This document shows positions 45,367 to 54,405 of a DNA stretch of 64,000 nt, piece by piece. The notes under the pieces were generated by a model, which searched no databases, had not been told where the DNA came from, and saw nothing but the letters and a program-made list of their open reading frames with translations. How positions within the stretch are numbered: the first letter of the stretch is position 1; every line of letters starts with the position of its first letter. A program made the position numbers and the translations under genes. The stretch is from a virus (taxonomy: Duplodnaviria; Caudoviricetes): the IMG/VR virus record IMGVR_UViG_3300020450_001133, one strand, 5' to 3'.

Positions 45367-46544
45367 TAAATTGCTCTACCTATAAGGTCACGTTGTCCAT
45401 CTTTGCCTTGTGGTTGTGAATCGTCTTGTTCTTTACTAGTATCTTTCTTTTCACTTTCTTCTTTAGCATTTTCTTTGCCACCAGTTTCACCTGCTGTACT
45501 ATTATTCACAAAGTTACCGAGCCAATCATTTTGTTTGCCTCTATTAACACCTTGTGTAAACGTTTCACCTCTTGCATCTAATCTTAAAGGTCTGCTGTTT
45601 GCTCTGCTACCACCTGGTATTTCATCTGTGTTAGGATCACCATCTCTTAATCTACTCCAGTGTCCTCTATTGAAGTCTGAAAATCTTTGCAAATCTCCTT
45701 CACTGATAAATTCATTTATAACAGGTTGCATAGCAAAGTTTTCATAAGTTATATCTATTGTAATTAAATTTGCTTCACTTGAACTGTGGTCTATACCATC
45801 TATTTCAAAACCTGTAATCATTGGTCTGAACAAAGTGTACTTAATACATTTTTGTCCGTGATATTGTACTATGTCAATGCTGTCTATAAAGTTTCTAAGT
45901 GCTTGTGGTTGTAACCTTAGTCCCATAAAGTTACTGTCAAAGCCTTCATTAAAAGACGCAAATCCATTTCCATCTCCACTTGGTACTTCTCCAGGCACTA
46001 TGTCGTGTGGAGTTGGTACAGGCAACATTGGATCGCCTGCCTGAGAACCAGGTTGAAATTTTCCTGATGGATTCATAAACAGATGTTGATAGGCTTGCAT
46101 CAATACACTTACCCACATAGAATCAACTGTGTCATACGCAACCATTTGTATTGGTTTAAATTCTGTATGAGTTACAGTTATTCTCTTTCTGTTATATTGG
46201 TTCTTTACGTCCGTTTGAATTTCAGCACTTGGAATTCCAGACTGCCTAATTAAACTACTTAATGTAAGTTGGTCGTCTAAGCCATTTTCTATAACGGTCG
46301 GTAAGTCAACTTCCGGATTGAAGTGGAAGTTGACATAACCGTTAAACTTTTGACGAACTGGTGTGTTCTTTGGCTTGAACCGTTCTGCGTTTTTAAAGTC
46401 TCGCATGTAATGGTTTTTAATTGGTTCACCATTAGTACCATGTGAGTCTTCTACCCTTTGGCCATTGAACATATCAAAGCCGCCGGCTCGCATCAGAAAG
46501 TATCTACCATAACCTCTTATTTTATTTTTGTCTAAAAAAGCCAT
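45366..46544 (-). CDS. tail-tube-like protein (possible gp48/gp54-type tube initiator)
   Basis: Follows tail tube; RKRITVT...PIQMVAYD...ITIDITYE resembles tube-fold pattern. Confidence 0.5.
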   Translation of the reverse strand: MAFLDKNKIRGYGRYFLMRAGGFDMFNGQRVEDSHGTNGEPIKNHYMRDFKNAERFKPKNTPVRQKFNGYVNFHFNPEVDLPTVIENGLDDQLTLSSLIRQSGIPSAEIQTDVKNQYNRKRITVTHTEFKPIQMVAYDTVDSMWVSVLMQAYQHLFMNPSGKFQPGSQAGDPMLPVPTPHDIVPGEVPSGDGNGFASFNEGFDSNFMGLRLQPQALRNFIDSIDIVQYHGQKCIKYTLFRPMITGFEIDGIDHSSSEANLITIDITYENFAMQPVINEFISEGDLQRFSDFNRGHWSRLRDGDPNTDEIPGGSRANSRPLRLDARGETFTQGVNRGKQNDWLGNFVNNSTAGETGGKENAKEESEKKDTSKEQDDSQPQGKDGQRDLIGRAI

Positions 46545-46581
46545 TGTTTATACTCTCTTAAATCTGATAATCTTAAAAAGA

Positions 46582-47220
46582 TTATGCAGATTCGTTGTCA
46601 GTTGTGCCAGGTACTATTGAACTATCAAATGGGTTACCTGCTTCAACATTAGAAACAATACCACTAGGTCCTTGACTGTGTATAGCATTGTCATATCTAA
46701 TTGTTAGAGAAACAGTAACAGGTTCATTTGTAGCATAGTCTGAGTCACTGTAATCAACGTTAGTTAAGAAACATCCTTCTAAGTTCCAAACTTCCATTGC
46801 GTCTGCAGTACTACCATCTAACACCTCAATTTGCATGTTAAATTTGTAATCTTCACCAGCAATTGGAGAAGTTTGTTCAAAGTGGTTTAATTGTCTTTGA
46901 TTCTGAGCACCAACAAGTCTTGCAACACTATTAGAAATATCATCACGTAATTGTACTGTGATTGGATCCCAAGCATGTTTACCTTGTACATACACTTTTG
47001 AATTGTAAGAATCAATTACAACCTCTTCATAATTAACTTTAGGACGAGTAACGTTCATAACATTTTGTGTGAACCTTCTAGTGGATTGGTCTCCACCAAA
47101 ACCGTCAAGCATACTAACCCTAAATCTGAATTTCAGTTTAGGCATCAAAATACCTTGTTCACCAGCGACTACTGGAACACCAAATTTGTTCTTTGTTTTA
47201 TCAACTGTTGGACTTGCCAT
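46582..47220 (-). CDS. gp19: tail tube protein (gp19-like)
   Basis: Directly downstream of sheath; MPKLKFRFRV, RPKVNYEEV, WDPITVQLRDD, GCFLTNVDYSD, VSLTIRYDNA. Confidence 0.85.
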   Translation of the reverse strand: MASPTVDKTKNKFGVPVVAGEQGILMPKLKFRFRVSMLDGFGGDQSTRRFTQNVMNVTRPKVNYEEVVIDSYNSKVYVQGKHAWDPITVQLRDDISNSVARLVGAQNQRQLNHFEQTSPIAGEDYKFNMQIEVLDGSTADAMEVWNLEGCFLTNVDYSDSDYATNEPVTVSLTIRYDNAIHSQGPSGIVSNVEAGNPFDSSIVPGTTDNESA

Positions 47221-47280
47221 TTCATTATCTCCTAATACCCATAAACCCCTTGATATTGTTTATGGGTTTATCGTTACAGT

Positions 47281-47288
47281 TATTTATC
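47281..47288 (-). promoter_or_regulatory. late promoter for tail tube with hairpin leader and SD
   Basis: GATAAATA; ACCCATAAAC/GTTTATGGGT stem (47237-47267); AGGAG at 47229-47233. Confidence 0.7.
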
Positions 47289-47331
47289 AATTATTGGCTA
47301 AAAATATTAACTACTGTTTTAATCAGACAAT

Positions 47332-47360
47332 AAAAAAGGGGCCTAAAAAGACCCCTTTTT
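47332..47360 (-). terminator. intrinsic terminator after sheath gene
   Basis: AAAAAGGGGTC-ttttta-GGCCCCTTTTTT. Confidence 0.8.
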
Positions 47361-47378
47361 ATGTTAAATTTAATTAAC

Positions 47379-50171
47379 TTATGATGTTGAACCCAAAGTG
47401 TTTTGAATTCTAATCGGTATGTAAATAAACTCAACTGCTTTGACTGGCTGTATCGCTATGTCAATGTAAAGTTCATTTCTATCAATTCGAGCCGCTGTAT
47501 TGTTTGTTGCGTCACAAACAGTTACAAAGTCGAATAGACCTCTTTGAATAACTAACTGACTTAAGAATCCATCAACAACGGATTTTGCATTTGCTCTTGT
47601 CAACTCATCGTTTGGTTCAAACAAGAAAGGCTTAACTGCATCGTCAAGTTGCTCTCTTATGTAAACTAACAATCTTGCAACATTAACTCTATCTAATGCA
47701 CTTGAATTTGGATTCAATGTTTTTTGTCCAAATACTGCAAGTCCTCTTCCTGGGAATTGGGCAATAGGGTTAATTTTGTTTGAGTACAATGTGTCTCTCT
47801 GACCTTCGTTTAATGTAACTGCGTTAAATTCGCCGTCGGCCGGATTAACAAATCCTACTGATGTTGCGTTCTGTACAAGACCTCTTTGGAATCCTGCTGG
47901 TGCAAACCAAGGGAAAGCAACCTGGTCATTAAATGCAAATGTTCTTAAAGCAACATGACTTGGCGGAACAACTACGTTAGTTCCATCTAAGTTTGTTGTT
48001 AAAGCACTTGGATAGTAAACTGCGGCATATGGAGAACTTGAAATTAGTCCGTCTTCACCGTTTTCACTAGCATTGTTGGCGTTTGTTGCCCAGTTTTTAG
48101 TGCTTGTTGCGTCTGCTTTAAGTCTAAATGGTGTATCAGCAATAACAAAAGCAGTATTTCTTCTGTCTGTGCTTAATGCTACCATTTCATCTAGCATTTC
48201 AGGGAAACCAGGAGCGGCTATTAAGTTGAATGAATTAGTTTCTGCTCTAATGTCATCATTAGAAACAATAGCGGCTTGCATCTTAGTTTTTACTAAGTTG
48301 TGAACTGCTTTTCTTAATCCAAACATTTTACCGTCCGTTTTGTTACCACTTGCGTCTACCCAAACATTACCAATGTTTGTTGATGCAGGAGTATAGTTAA
48401 TCTTATACTCTTTGACGTTACCTGCTGAAGCACGTTTGTTCCATCCAAGCATACCTGCTGGGTAGGCTGTTTGTGCAGGAGCATCAGCATCTAAACTTGA
48501 AGTTTTAGACTGTCTGAAGTCTGCATAAATGATACCTTCTGAAGTAACTTGGTCTGTACCATCAACTTTAACCCATGCAGTACCACTCCACTTGTAAAGA
48601 CAAGGGAAGTTTTCAGTATCGTCTGAGTCTAACCAAACATCACCTGCCACTAGAGCAGTTCCGTCTGATTGTGTTGTTGGAGCAGAAGCAGATACGTTTA
48701 AGTCTTTAGACAATGTCTGCCATCCTGCTGATGCGTCATTTTCTAAGATGTCTACGTTTGCTTTTGCTACTGTGGCATTAAACCAGTAAGTTCCTTCTGC
48801 AAGAGTACCTGTTATGGAAGTTTTACTTGCTTCGTAACTTAAATCTGCAAAGTTAGAGAATGTAATGTTAGCAGTTGCGGCACCTGAACCAAAACCAATT
48901 GTACTTGGTCCGAAGTCTGAGTGTAAACTATTAACTTGAATATCTCTACCGTCGCTTGATGTTAATACGATGTTATCGCTAGAACCTAGGCTTGCTGAGA
49001 CTTTAGTGATTGAAGCACCTGCTAGTGCTTGGTTAAAGTCAAATACAGCATCTTCCGCCGTTGAGTTAGTTGCGTTACCACTAATAGTGTTACTAAATGG
49101 AACTGTTACTGATGTGCCACCGTACACGATTTGTACGTTTGCGTTACCAGAAACATTAACACCAGCAGAAATATTACTACCTTCTGCTACTACTGTTGAA
49201 TTTCCATTATGTCTTTTTAACACAACTGTTGCTTCTTCTGGATCTACATTATCAAACAATCCTACTAAGTTACCAACACTTACATTTGCAGTACCAATTG
49301 CGGAATAAGCCGCATCAGTATTTGCGTAGAATGGTGCGGCAACTGTTGAGAATGCCTTAGTTGCTGAACTGAAAAGTTTAACTTTAAAGTCTGCACCTTG
49401 GTTAGGTGTGCTTGTTTGAATGAAAATATCTCCAGCGGATAGTGAACTAACACCATCGCTCTTAAGTGCTGGTACTGTTGTATGGCTTGCCCATTGGAAG
49501 TCTCCGCTTGTAGCAGATGCCCAACTTGTGCTACCAATTAGGTACCAGTCGTCACTGAATTTTTCGTAATACTTAACATTTGCGGCTGTTCCACCTGCAT
49601 TTGTATTTGCCACAACGGCATAATCGCCGTTAAGACCAAATGCTCTCTTAGGTCCGCCTGTGCCAGCATCTATATTGATTGCGTCTACAACGGATACGTC
49701 TTTCTTAACCCATGCTGATCCACTATACTCTCTTAGTCCGTAAACTGAAGATGTAAGGTCTAACCAGTAACTTCCATTAGCAATAGCACCTGTTGGTGCG
49801 GCTGAGGAAGCCTCTAATTGACCTAGGTCAATGTCTGCTCTTAGAACAAATGCTCTATTTGCCAGACCTAAGAATGAGTGGGCCGCTAGTAAGCCGTATT
49901 CATTGAGATCATAACCATGCAACTGATTACTACCTGATTTGTAAAATAAAGGATTACCAAACTGTTGTAGTAATTCACGTTGACTTGTAATTAGTTGTAA
50001 TTTTCCTGCGTTAGCCTTAGAAGTAAAAGCCGCCGTGCCTGAACCGTCTGGACTACTCTTATCCTGAGCAGTTGCGACGATTAGTAACGGAACTGTACCA
50101 GCACCAGCCGAGGCGTAAAACGATTCGTCTGATACACTAATACTAACTCCAGGTGATACTAATGTTGCCAT
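47379..50171 (-). CDS. gp18: tail sheath protein (gp18-like, 930 aa)
   Basis: SPGVSISVSDES start; NLIAAPG, FPWFAPAG, KINPI, FGQKT, DRVNVARL, FLFEPND, PVKAVEFIYIPI. Confidence 0.95.
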   Translation of the reverse strand: MATLVSPGVSISVSDESFYASAGAGTVPLLIVATAQDKSSPDGSGTAAFTSKANAGKLQLITSQRELLQQFGNPLFYKSGSNQLHGYDLNEYGLLAAHSFLGLANRAFVLRADIDLGQLEASSAAPTGAIANGSYWLDLTSSVYGLREYSGSAWVKKDVSVVDAINIDAGTGGPKRAFGLNGDYAVVANTNAGGTAANVKYYEKFSDDWYLIGSTSWASATSGDFQWASHTTVPALKSDGVSSLSAGDIFIQTSTPNQGADFKVKLFSSATKAFSTVAAPFYANTDAAYSAIGTANVSVGNLVGLFDNVDPEEATVVLKRHNGNSTVVAEGSNISAGVNVSGNANVQIVYGGTSVTVPFSNTISGNATNSTAEDAVFDFNQALAGASITKVSASLGSSDNIVLTSSDGRDIQVNSLHSDFGPSTIGFGSGAATANITFSNFADLSYEASKTSITGTLAEGTYWFNATVAKANVDILENDASAGWQTLSKDLNVSASAPTTQSDGTALVAGDVWLDSDDTENFPCLYKWSGTAWVKVDGTDQVTSEGIIYADFRQSKTSSLDADAPAQTAYPAGMLGWNKRASAGNVKEYKINYTPASTNIGNVWVDASGNKTDGKMFGLRKAVHNLVKTKMQAAIVSNDDIRAETNSFNLIAAPGFPEMLDEMVALSTDRRNTAFVIADTPFRLKADATSTKNWATNANNASENGEDGLISSSPYAAVYYPSALTTNLDGTNVVVPPSHVALRTFAFNDQVAFPWFAPAGFQRGLVQNATSVGFVNPADGEFNAVTLNEGQRDTLYSNKINPIAQFPGRGLAVFGQKTLNPNSSALDRVNVARLLVYIREQLDDAVKPFLFEPNDELTRANAKSVVDGFLSQLVIQRGLFDFVTVCDATNNTAARIDRNELYIDIAIQPVKAVEFIYIPIRIQNTLGSTS

Positions 50172-50200
50172 AATTAATCTCCTTTGAATTATTATACGAA

Positions 50201-50208
50201 TATTTATC
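50201..50208 (-). promoter_or_regulatory. late promoter for sheath with SD leader
   Basis: GATAAATA, 29-nt leader with AGGAG. Confidence 0.7.
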
Positions 50209-50308
50209 TAAAATACTAGAAAATAGGTATTATACAAACCGGGGGTACAGTGGTTTTTTAGGTTTTGGATAAATATAGAAATTTTTTAATATTTAAGGGG
50301 ATTTGGTA

Positions 50309-51013
50309 TTATTTGTCTCTGTCAACAATATTTACCACATTGTCGTCATTAAGTGCGTATTTTAATTTAGACTTTCTGTTTTTCATATCTGCATACACTG
50401 AATCTACTTCTGCTTGTAATTCTTCTAGTGTACCTGAGTTTTGAATTACAAAATCAAAATCATAACCTACCCATTTCCATTCACTAGCATGTACTTTTGC
50501 AAAACGTGTTTCCATAGTGTGCTTTGCAGGGACACTTCCCTTGTTTGCATGGACGGCAGTTTCATACCATTCAGGTAATTCATCTCTAATAACATGTATT
50601 ACAATACCATTAAGTTTTTTAATTAAGTCTAGTTCATTTTTAAATCTACAATCACTAACAACAACCATTGTGTCTTGTTGTTCATTTTTTCTTATACGAT
50701 ATTCTAAACTGTCTAACCAAATGTCTTGATTGAAATGAGTACGCATTATTTCAGTTCCAAGTAACTGTAATGCAAGTCTAGGAGTAAATTGGTCAATGCC
50801 TAACTTTCTAGTCCAGTACATGTCTGGTGTTTCTCTAAAGTCTCTGCTTTCGATTGTGTCACCTTGTAACATATCTCTGGGCCAGCCAAAAACACTTGCA
50901 CATAAATCTTTTAATGGTGATGCAAAACTGTCTTGTACTGCACCTTTTTCAACTAGCATTTTTGCTACTGTATCTTTGCCACTGCCTATAAATCCTGTTA
51001 TGCCTACTATCAT
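50309..51013 (-). CDS. gp1: deoxynucleoside monophosphate kinase (T4 gp1-like)
   Basis: GFIGSGKDT, FASPLKD, TPRLALQLLGTE, VSDCRFKNE, HASE. Confidence 0.9.
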   Translation of the reverse strand: MIVGITGFIGSGKDTVAKMLVEKGAVQDSFASPLKDLCASVFGWPRDMLQGDTIESRDFRETPDMYWTRKLGIDQFTPRLALQLLGTEIMRTHFNQDIWLDSLEYRIRKNEQQDTMVVVSDCRFKNELDLIKKLNGIVIHVIRDELPEWYETAVHANKGSVPAKHTMETRFAKVHASEWKWVGYDFDFVIQNSGTLEELQAEVDSVYADMKNRKSKLKYALNDDNVVNIVDRDK

Positions 51014-51021
51014 TGTTATCC

Positions 51022-51840
51022 TTATCTATATATAAACGGGTCTTCTTCTCTTATTTGATTTATTCTTTCTTTTAATAATCTTTCATCTCTTAAATGATTT
51101 TTATAAACTTCAGTCTTGTCTATTAAAAAGTAAATGAATCCACTTGTAAAACTTTTTTTGTTTAGTTTTTTACGAACATTGTCGCTTGTACTATCTGTAC
51201 TTATACTCGAGGTTACCAGTTGTACATTTTTTTCTGCACATATATCTTTTACTTGTTCTAGTGTAACTGTTTGTTCAAACGGATTATAAAACTGGTCCTT
51301 GAACCAACTTTCCCTTTGTTTTTCATCTTTAATATATTGTGTCATGCCTGTAAATATATCATACCAAGTATGTGTTGGAAATTGGTCAAACCATTCAAAC
51401 ATTGTATCTCTACTTTCTTTGTGATACAATCCTATAAAAGAATATTTGTTTGCACAATCAATTGCTTTACTGATTGTTTGTTTCATTGTGAAATCTGGTA
51501 TGTGATGTAATGCACCAATGCTAACAGTTAAATCTGCTGTTCTATCATTTGTCATTATATCTTGTTCAAAAAAATCTGCTGTAAAAACTTCATCAGAAGT
51601 TTGTTTTGCATAGTCTATATTTCCAGGTACAATGTCTAAACCTGTTACAGATAAACTAGGATAATTTTGTGCAATTCTGTTACTTAACCACCCGTTACCA
51701 CAACCAAGTTCTAAAACATTAGAAATGTCTTTGGTATCTAAAAGTGTTTCTAAAATGGGTAAAGGTAACTCTTCTGAGTTTACTTTTTCTTGGGGAGTGT
51801 TAAATTGTATTTCCGAATAGTATTGTTTTACAAGATCCAT
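51022..51840 (-). CDS. class I SAM-dependent methyltransferase
   Basis: VLELGCGNG, GLD, GALHH; promoter TTGACA-N17-TACATT 5 nt before ATG. Confidence 0.85.
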   Translation of the reverse strand: MDLVKQYYSEIQFNTPQEKVNSEELPLPILETLLDTKDISNVLELGCGNGWLSNRIAQNYPSLSVTGLDIVPGNIDYAKQTSDEVFTADFFEQDIMTNDRTADLTVSIGALHHIPDFTMKQTISKAIDCANKYSFIGLYHKESRDTMFEWFDQFPTHTWYDIFTGMTQYIKDEKQRESWFKDQFYNPFEQTVTLEQVKDICAEKNVQLVTSSISTDSTSDNVRKKLNKKSFTSGFIYFLIDKTEVYKNHLRDERLLKERINQIREEDPFIYR

Positions 51841-51845
51841 AATGT

Positions 51846-51874
51846 AATGTACTATAAATTAATTTGTTTGTCAA
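51846..51874 (-). promoter_or_regulatory. sigma70 promoter, leaderless spacing
   Basis: TTGACA-N17-TACATT-acatt-ATG(51840). Confidence 0.65.
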
Positions 51875-51880
51875 TCAAAA

Positions 51881-52648
51881 TTAACCAATAATGAATCCTA
51901 AAGGTGCATTGCCTTCTTCCATATTGTGTAAACCTGCAATCAATTGTTCCATTTCAGTTAATGCTTCTGATTTGAGAGCATCACCGTTCAATGTTGTAGC
52001 ACCGCCAGGCCCAGGAAGTCCTCCAGGGAATTTGCTTCTTGCTTCACCTAACATCATTTTACTTTGTGCTAGTGCGTATGCACTTAACCATTCAGCGGCA
52101 TAAACATCTTTTATTAAAACACTTTCTGGAATAAAGTTATTAACACCTATTGCAATATCTTCTTCATGATTAACATTTCTTAAAATAGTTAGTTCTTTTG
52201 TATTTCTATTAAATGTAAAGTTGTATTCACTACCAAATATACGACCAATAGTTTCTTTGTATTGTGCAAATGCATCAAATACTGCAAGTCCACCAATTTG
52301 TCCTGCTTGTAGCATATACATATTATTGAATGCAACATCAAATGGATCAAAATTAGTACCGCCACCACTGTTGGTACCAATACCACGTCTATATAATCTT
52401 CTAACGTCTATAACTTCATCAGGTAAAGTATATTTTGTTACACCTGCTTGAGTTTGTATGAATATAACTGCTTCTTCAACACTTCCTGAACTCAACTGCC
52501 TATACTTTTGTATAGATTTATTGATTGCAATATCGTAATGGTCTCTGTCTAATTCAACATCTACCATGCCATCAGCAAGACGTAATTGAATCTCTTCAAT
52601 TATTTCGTTTCTACTGCCATATCCTATCTGGTCTATCTTAGTTGCCAT
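51881..52648 (-). CDS. gp13: neck protein (gp13-like head-tail adaptor)
   Basis: LADGMVDVEL, YTLPDEVIDVRRLYR, LGEARSKF..LPGPGG..TLNG; start moved to MATKI by late promoter at 52654-52661. Confidence 0.8.
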   Translation of the reverse strand: MATKIDQIGYGSRNEIIEEIQLRLADGMVDVELDRDHYDIAINKSIQKYRQLSSGSVEEAVIFIQTQAGVTKYTLPDEVIDVRRLYRRGIGTNSGGGTNFDPFDVAFNNMYMLQAGQIGGLAVFDAFAQYKETIGRIFGSEYNFTFNRNTKELTILRNVNHEEDIAIGVNNFIPESVLIKDVYAAEWLSAYALAQSKMMLGEARSKFPGGLPGPGGATTLNGDALKSEALTEMEQLIAGLHNMEEGNAPLGFIIG

Positions 52649-52705
52649 ACTACTATTTATCACTTTTTGGGTTTTAACCAAAAAATATATGTATGGTTTG
52701 AAGGT

Positions 52706-53866
52706 TTAAAATACTTGTAAAAGTATGATTGAATCGTTAATTCTGCCTGTTAATTTAGTAGGCGTTGTTTTTACTTCGTCAAATGCTTTTGCAAATTTTG
52801 TTTTTGCTCTGCCAGTCCAGTTGTTTATTTGTTCTGCAGGCTTTCTTAAAGTTTTTTGCACACTAGTTTCTTCGTTAAAGTCTTGTATAGTAGTTCCTTT
52901 AACCATTAGACCTGCACCTTGTCTTTGTAATCCACGTGGGTCTTTGTCTTTTGCGTGGTAAACTCCTACTTTACGGGTCTTTGTATTGTACACCCATAGT
53001 TCATTGGCGTAGACGACGTCTGTGGGCGATATAGATGCTATTCCTAATGCTCCATCATTAAGTTGAAACTTTAACTTTTTGATAATTACATCTTTACTTC
53101 TTGCTCTCGGTTTACGTTGTTTTCTACTTGCTTTACCTGTAAGTATAATTGCATCACAGGCGGCATTTATTTTTTCAAAGAAAGCAACATAGTCTTTCTT
53201 CATTTTCTTATCCATAAAACTGTATGCTTCTTTTAATTGCTCACATGTTCCTGCTAAATTTTCTAATGCTTCTGCATGTATGCCTTCGTATTGTTCTTTT
53301 ACTATTTTAGCATGTGCAGGTTTTATAAGTCCACCACCATAAACTTTCATATCTTTTTCTGGATCAAACTTTTTAAGGTCAAACTTTTCTTTCTCAATAA
53401 ATTTATCTAGCATGTCGTCCCAATCACCACAAAGTTCTGTTACTTGTTCTAGCATTCTTTCTTGAATAGAAATTTTTGGTTTTGCATCTTTTTTCTTTTC
53501 TTGTTGTACTTCAACAACTTCTTTTCCAGTTTCTAAAAGAGCCTCTTTTCTACTGTCATAAAACTTTGCAAAACATTCTGGCATGTATCCTAACTTATCC
53601 CAACACCAAGCATACTTGGCACTACTGCTAAATCGCCAATCAGGATTTTTCAATATTATTTTTATTTCTTCTTTATCCCAACCACTTGCATCTTTTACCC
53701 ACTTACGATATTTGGCTACTGCATCTTTTGTTGAGATTTCAGAATGCACAAAATAGTCAACTGACCTGAATGCTTTCTCTTGTTGCTCAGGATCAGTTAT
53801 ACCCCTGTACTGTTTCCAGTCAGGTTCTTTTGTTACATATACTGTTCTTTGTTTTCGTTTTGCCAT
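52706..53866 (-). CDS. early hypothetical protein (386 aa)
   Basis: ORF track; LWVYNTKTRK and VKGTTI...QKTLRKP motifs; consensus promoter upstream. Confidence 0.75.
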   Translation of the reverse strand: MAKRKQRTVYVTKEPDWKQYRGITDPEQQEKAFRSVDYFVHSEISTKDAVAKYRKWVKDASGWDKEEIKIILKNPDWRFSSSAKYAWCWDKLGYMPECFAKFYDSRKEALLETGKEVVEVQQEKKKDAKPKISIQERMLEQVTELCGDWDDMLDKFIEKEKFDLKKFDPEKDMKVYGGGLIKPAHAKIVKEQYEGIHAEALENLAGTCEQLKEAYSFMDKKMKKDYVAFFEKINAACDAIILTGKASRKQRKPRARSKDVIIKKLKFQLNDGALGIASISPTDVVYANELWVYNTKTRKVGVYHAKDKDPRGLQRQGAGLMVKGTTIQDFNEETSVQKTLRKPAEQINNWTGRAKTKFAKAFDEVKTTPTKLTGRINDSIILLQVF

Positions 53867-53898
53867 CTTTTGTTTTTCACCAAAATATAGTGCTAGTT

Positions 53899-53927
53899 AG
53901 TATAACTTCAAAAAATTTTTATGTCAA
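53899..53927 (-). promoter_or_regulatory. sigma70 promoter
   Basis: TTGACA-N17-TATACT. Confidence 0.8.
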
Positions 53928-53957
53928 TTGGTAAATTTTGAACTAAAAGGAAGGTTT

Positions 53958-54380
53958 TTACAGTTTTTTGGCTGTTAAACCAATTGTTGCAGATGCTACA
54001 CGATTTTCGCCATCAAATACTTTGCAGTCATAAAAAATATGATTTAATTTACGTCTGGTAAGTTTGGCTTCAAGTCTTAATCTTGTTCCAGGGAATACAG
54101 GAAATCTAAATTTACATTTGTCTACACTTGTTACAAAAGTGACATAGTCCTCATGTTTGAGTTCGCCTTGTTCCTTTCCTGCTAAATGAAGTGCATGGAG
54201 ACCAGCACATTGATTCATACCTTCTATTATGTAAACACCGGGCCAAATTTTTACATGTGGGAAGTGTCCTTCTAATACTGGATGTGCATTATGTACCATA
54301 TATGTTGCTTCAATTTCTTCATCGCTAATAATACGGTGTTCGTCAATTAATGCTATCGGATGTCTGTGTGGTAGTTCCAT
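53958..54380 (-). CDS. fabZ: 3-hydroxyacyl-ACP dehydratase (FabZ/FabA hot-dog fold)
   Basis: LPHRHP, GHFP..KIWPGVYIIEGMNQ, FRFPVFPG. Confidence 0.85.
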   Translation of the reverse strand: MELPHRHPIALIDEHRIISDEEIEATYMVHNAHPVLEGHFPHVKIWPGVYIIEGMNQCAGLHALHLAGKEQGELKHEDYVTFVTSVDKCKFRFPVFPGTRLRLEAKLTRRKLNHIFYDCKVFDGENRVASATIGLTAKKL

Positions 54381-54405
54381 ATATGCTATTTACTTTGCTA
54401 TGGAT

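Noticed and set aside
50226-50275. Plus-strand GATAAATA (50268-50275) and G-rich stretch in the sheath/dNMP kinase gap
   Set aside because: No downstream plus-strand ORF and no convincing stem; could be chance or antisense noise.
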